Notes under the pieces: model-generated
Seen by the model: only the letters and a program-made list of their open reading frames with translations
Databases searched by the model: none
What the model was told of the DNA's origin: nothing
IMG/VR virus record: IMGVR_UViG_3300044538_000008
Location: 1 to 33,027 of that record
Length of the DNA: 33,027 bases
Reading direction: 5' to 3' (one strand)
Source: a virus
Taxonomy: Duplodnaviria > Caudoviricetes
Shown here: positions 32,747-33,027 of the stretch, piece by piece
How positions within the stretch are numbered: position 1 is the first letter of the stretch
Layout of the letters: each line of letters begins with the position of its first letter
Program-made: the position numbers and the translations under genes

Positions 32747-32801
32747 ACCCTAACACACCAGAGGCGTATTACAAGTGGGGTAGCCAAATGGAACTTGTAA
32801 T
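32747..32801 (-). promoter_or_regulatory. Leaderless promoter overlapped by a 9 bp inverted repeat (operator candidate)
   Basis: TTGTAA (32774-32769)-N16-TAGGGT (32752-32747, preceded by TGn)-N6-ATG; ATTACAAGT (32768-32776)-N16-ACTTGTAAT (32793-32801). Confidence 0.5.
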
Positions 32802-32823
32802 TTTGCGGGTAGGGGGGGGGTCT

Positions 32824-33027
32824 TCATTCTCGCCCCAACGACATCACGCACAAGCCGTCGGGTAGCCCGAACCGTCCGCCGTGCAGAACGTACGTCACCA
32901 CCCGGCGCAACGTGGCCGCCTCGGACCTCGAAGCGCAGCGGCCATGGTCGTCCAGGTACGCCCCCTCGCCGTCATGCCGATCGAGGCGCCTACGGAAGAG
33001 CGGATCCCACTTGAGCAGCAGCAGAGT
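32824..33027 (-). CDS. ASCH/DUF3850-family protein, 3' part only
   Basis: TLLLLKWDP...RRVVTYVLHGGRFGLPDGLCVMSLGRE*, typical of the DUF3850 C-terminal half; begins beyond the right edge. Confidence 0.65.
   Translation of the reverse strand, partial: TLLLLKWDPLFRRRLDRHDGEGAYLDDHGRCASRSEAATLRRVVTYVLHGGRFGLPDGLCVMSLGRE

Noticed and set aside
32812-32820. G9 homopolymer as a phase-variation tract
   Set aside because: Intergenic, outside the promoter spacer and any reading frame; no evident effect.
1-33027. Stop-codon reassignment
   Set aside because: Hallmark genes (terL, portal, MCP, hub) are full length in the standard code and TAG, TGA and TAA all end genes at coupled junctions.

Overview
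A GC-rich, 33 kb segment of a tailed dsDNA phage (podovirus-type morphogenesis module), encoded almost entirely on the minus strand. In transcription order (right to left): (i) an early/accessory arm (~33.0-22.5 kb) of small, mostly ATGA/GTGA-coupled genes, including an ASCH/DUF3850 fragment, a PAPS-reductase-family protein, a degenerate tRNA-Met(CAU)-like element, a LexA-type DNA-binding protein followed by a stand-alone paralogue of its own C-terminal domain, a J-domain protein, a frameshifted MT-A70 adenine methyltransferase, a nucleoside 2-deoxyribosyltransferase-like protein and an XRE HTH regulator; (ii) a switch/replication region (~22.5-20.9 kb) with the only two plausible plus-strand genes, face-to-face sigma70-like promoters and a replication-initiator-like gene with TGAC repeats; (iii) the late region (~20.8 kb to the left edge): terminase, portal, GroES-like protein, scaffold, cement and major capsid proteins, adaptor, three beta-helix proteins, a lectin-like fusion, a P22 gp10-like hub and four probable ejection proteins. 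No integrase, lysis genes, CRISPR array or host genes were recognised. The most notable observations are the LexA-DBD/headless-paralogue pair, the atypical tRNA-like element, three single genes each bracketed by 17-22 bp gene-end direct repeats, the MT-A70 frameshift that fuses it to a winged-helix gene, and a family of leaderless promoters. All family assignments come from motifs read by eye; no database searches were run.
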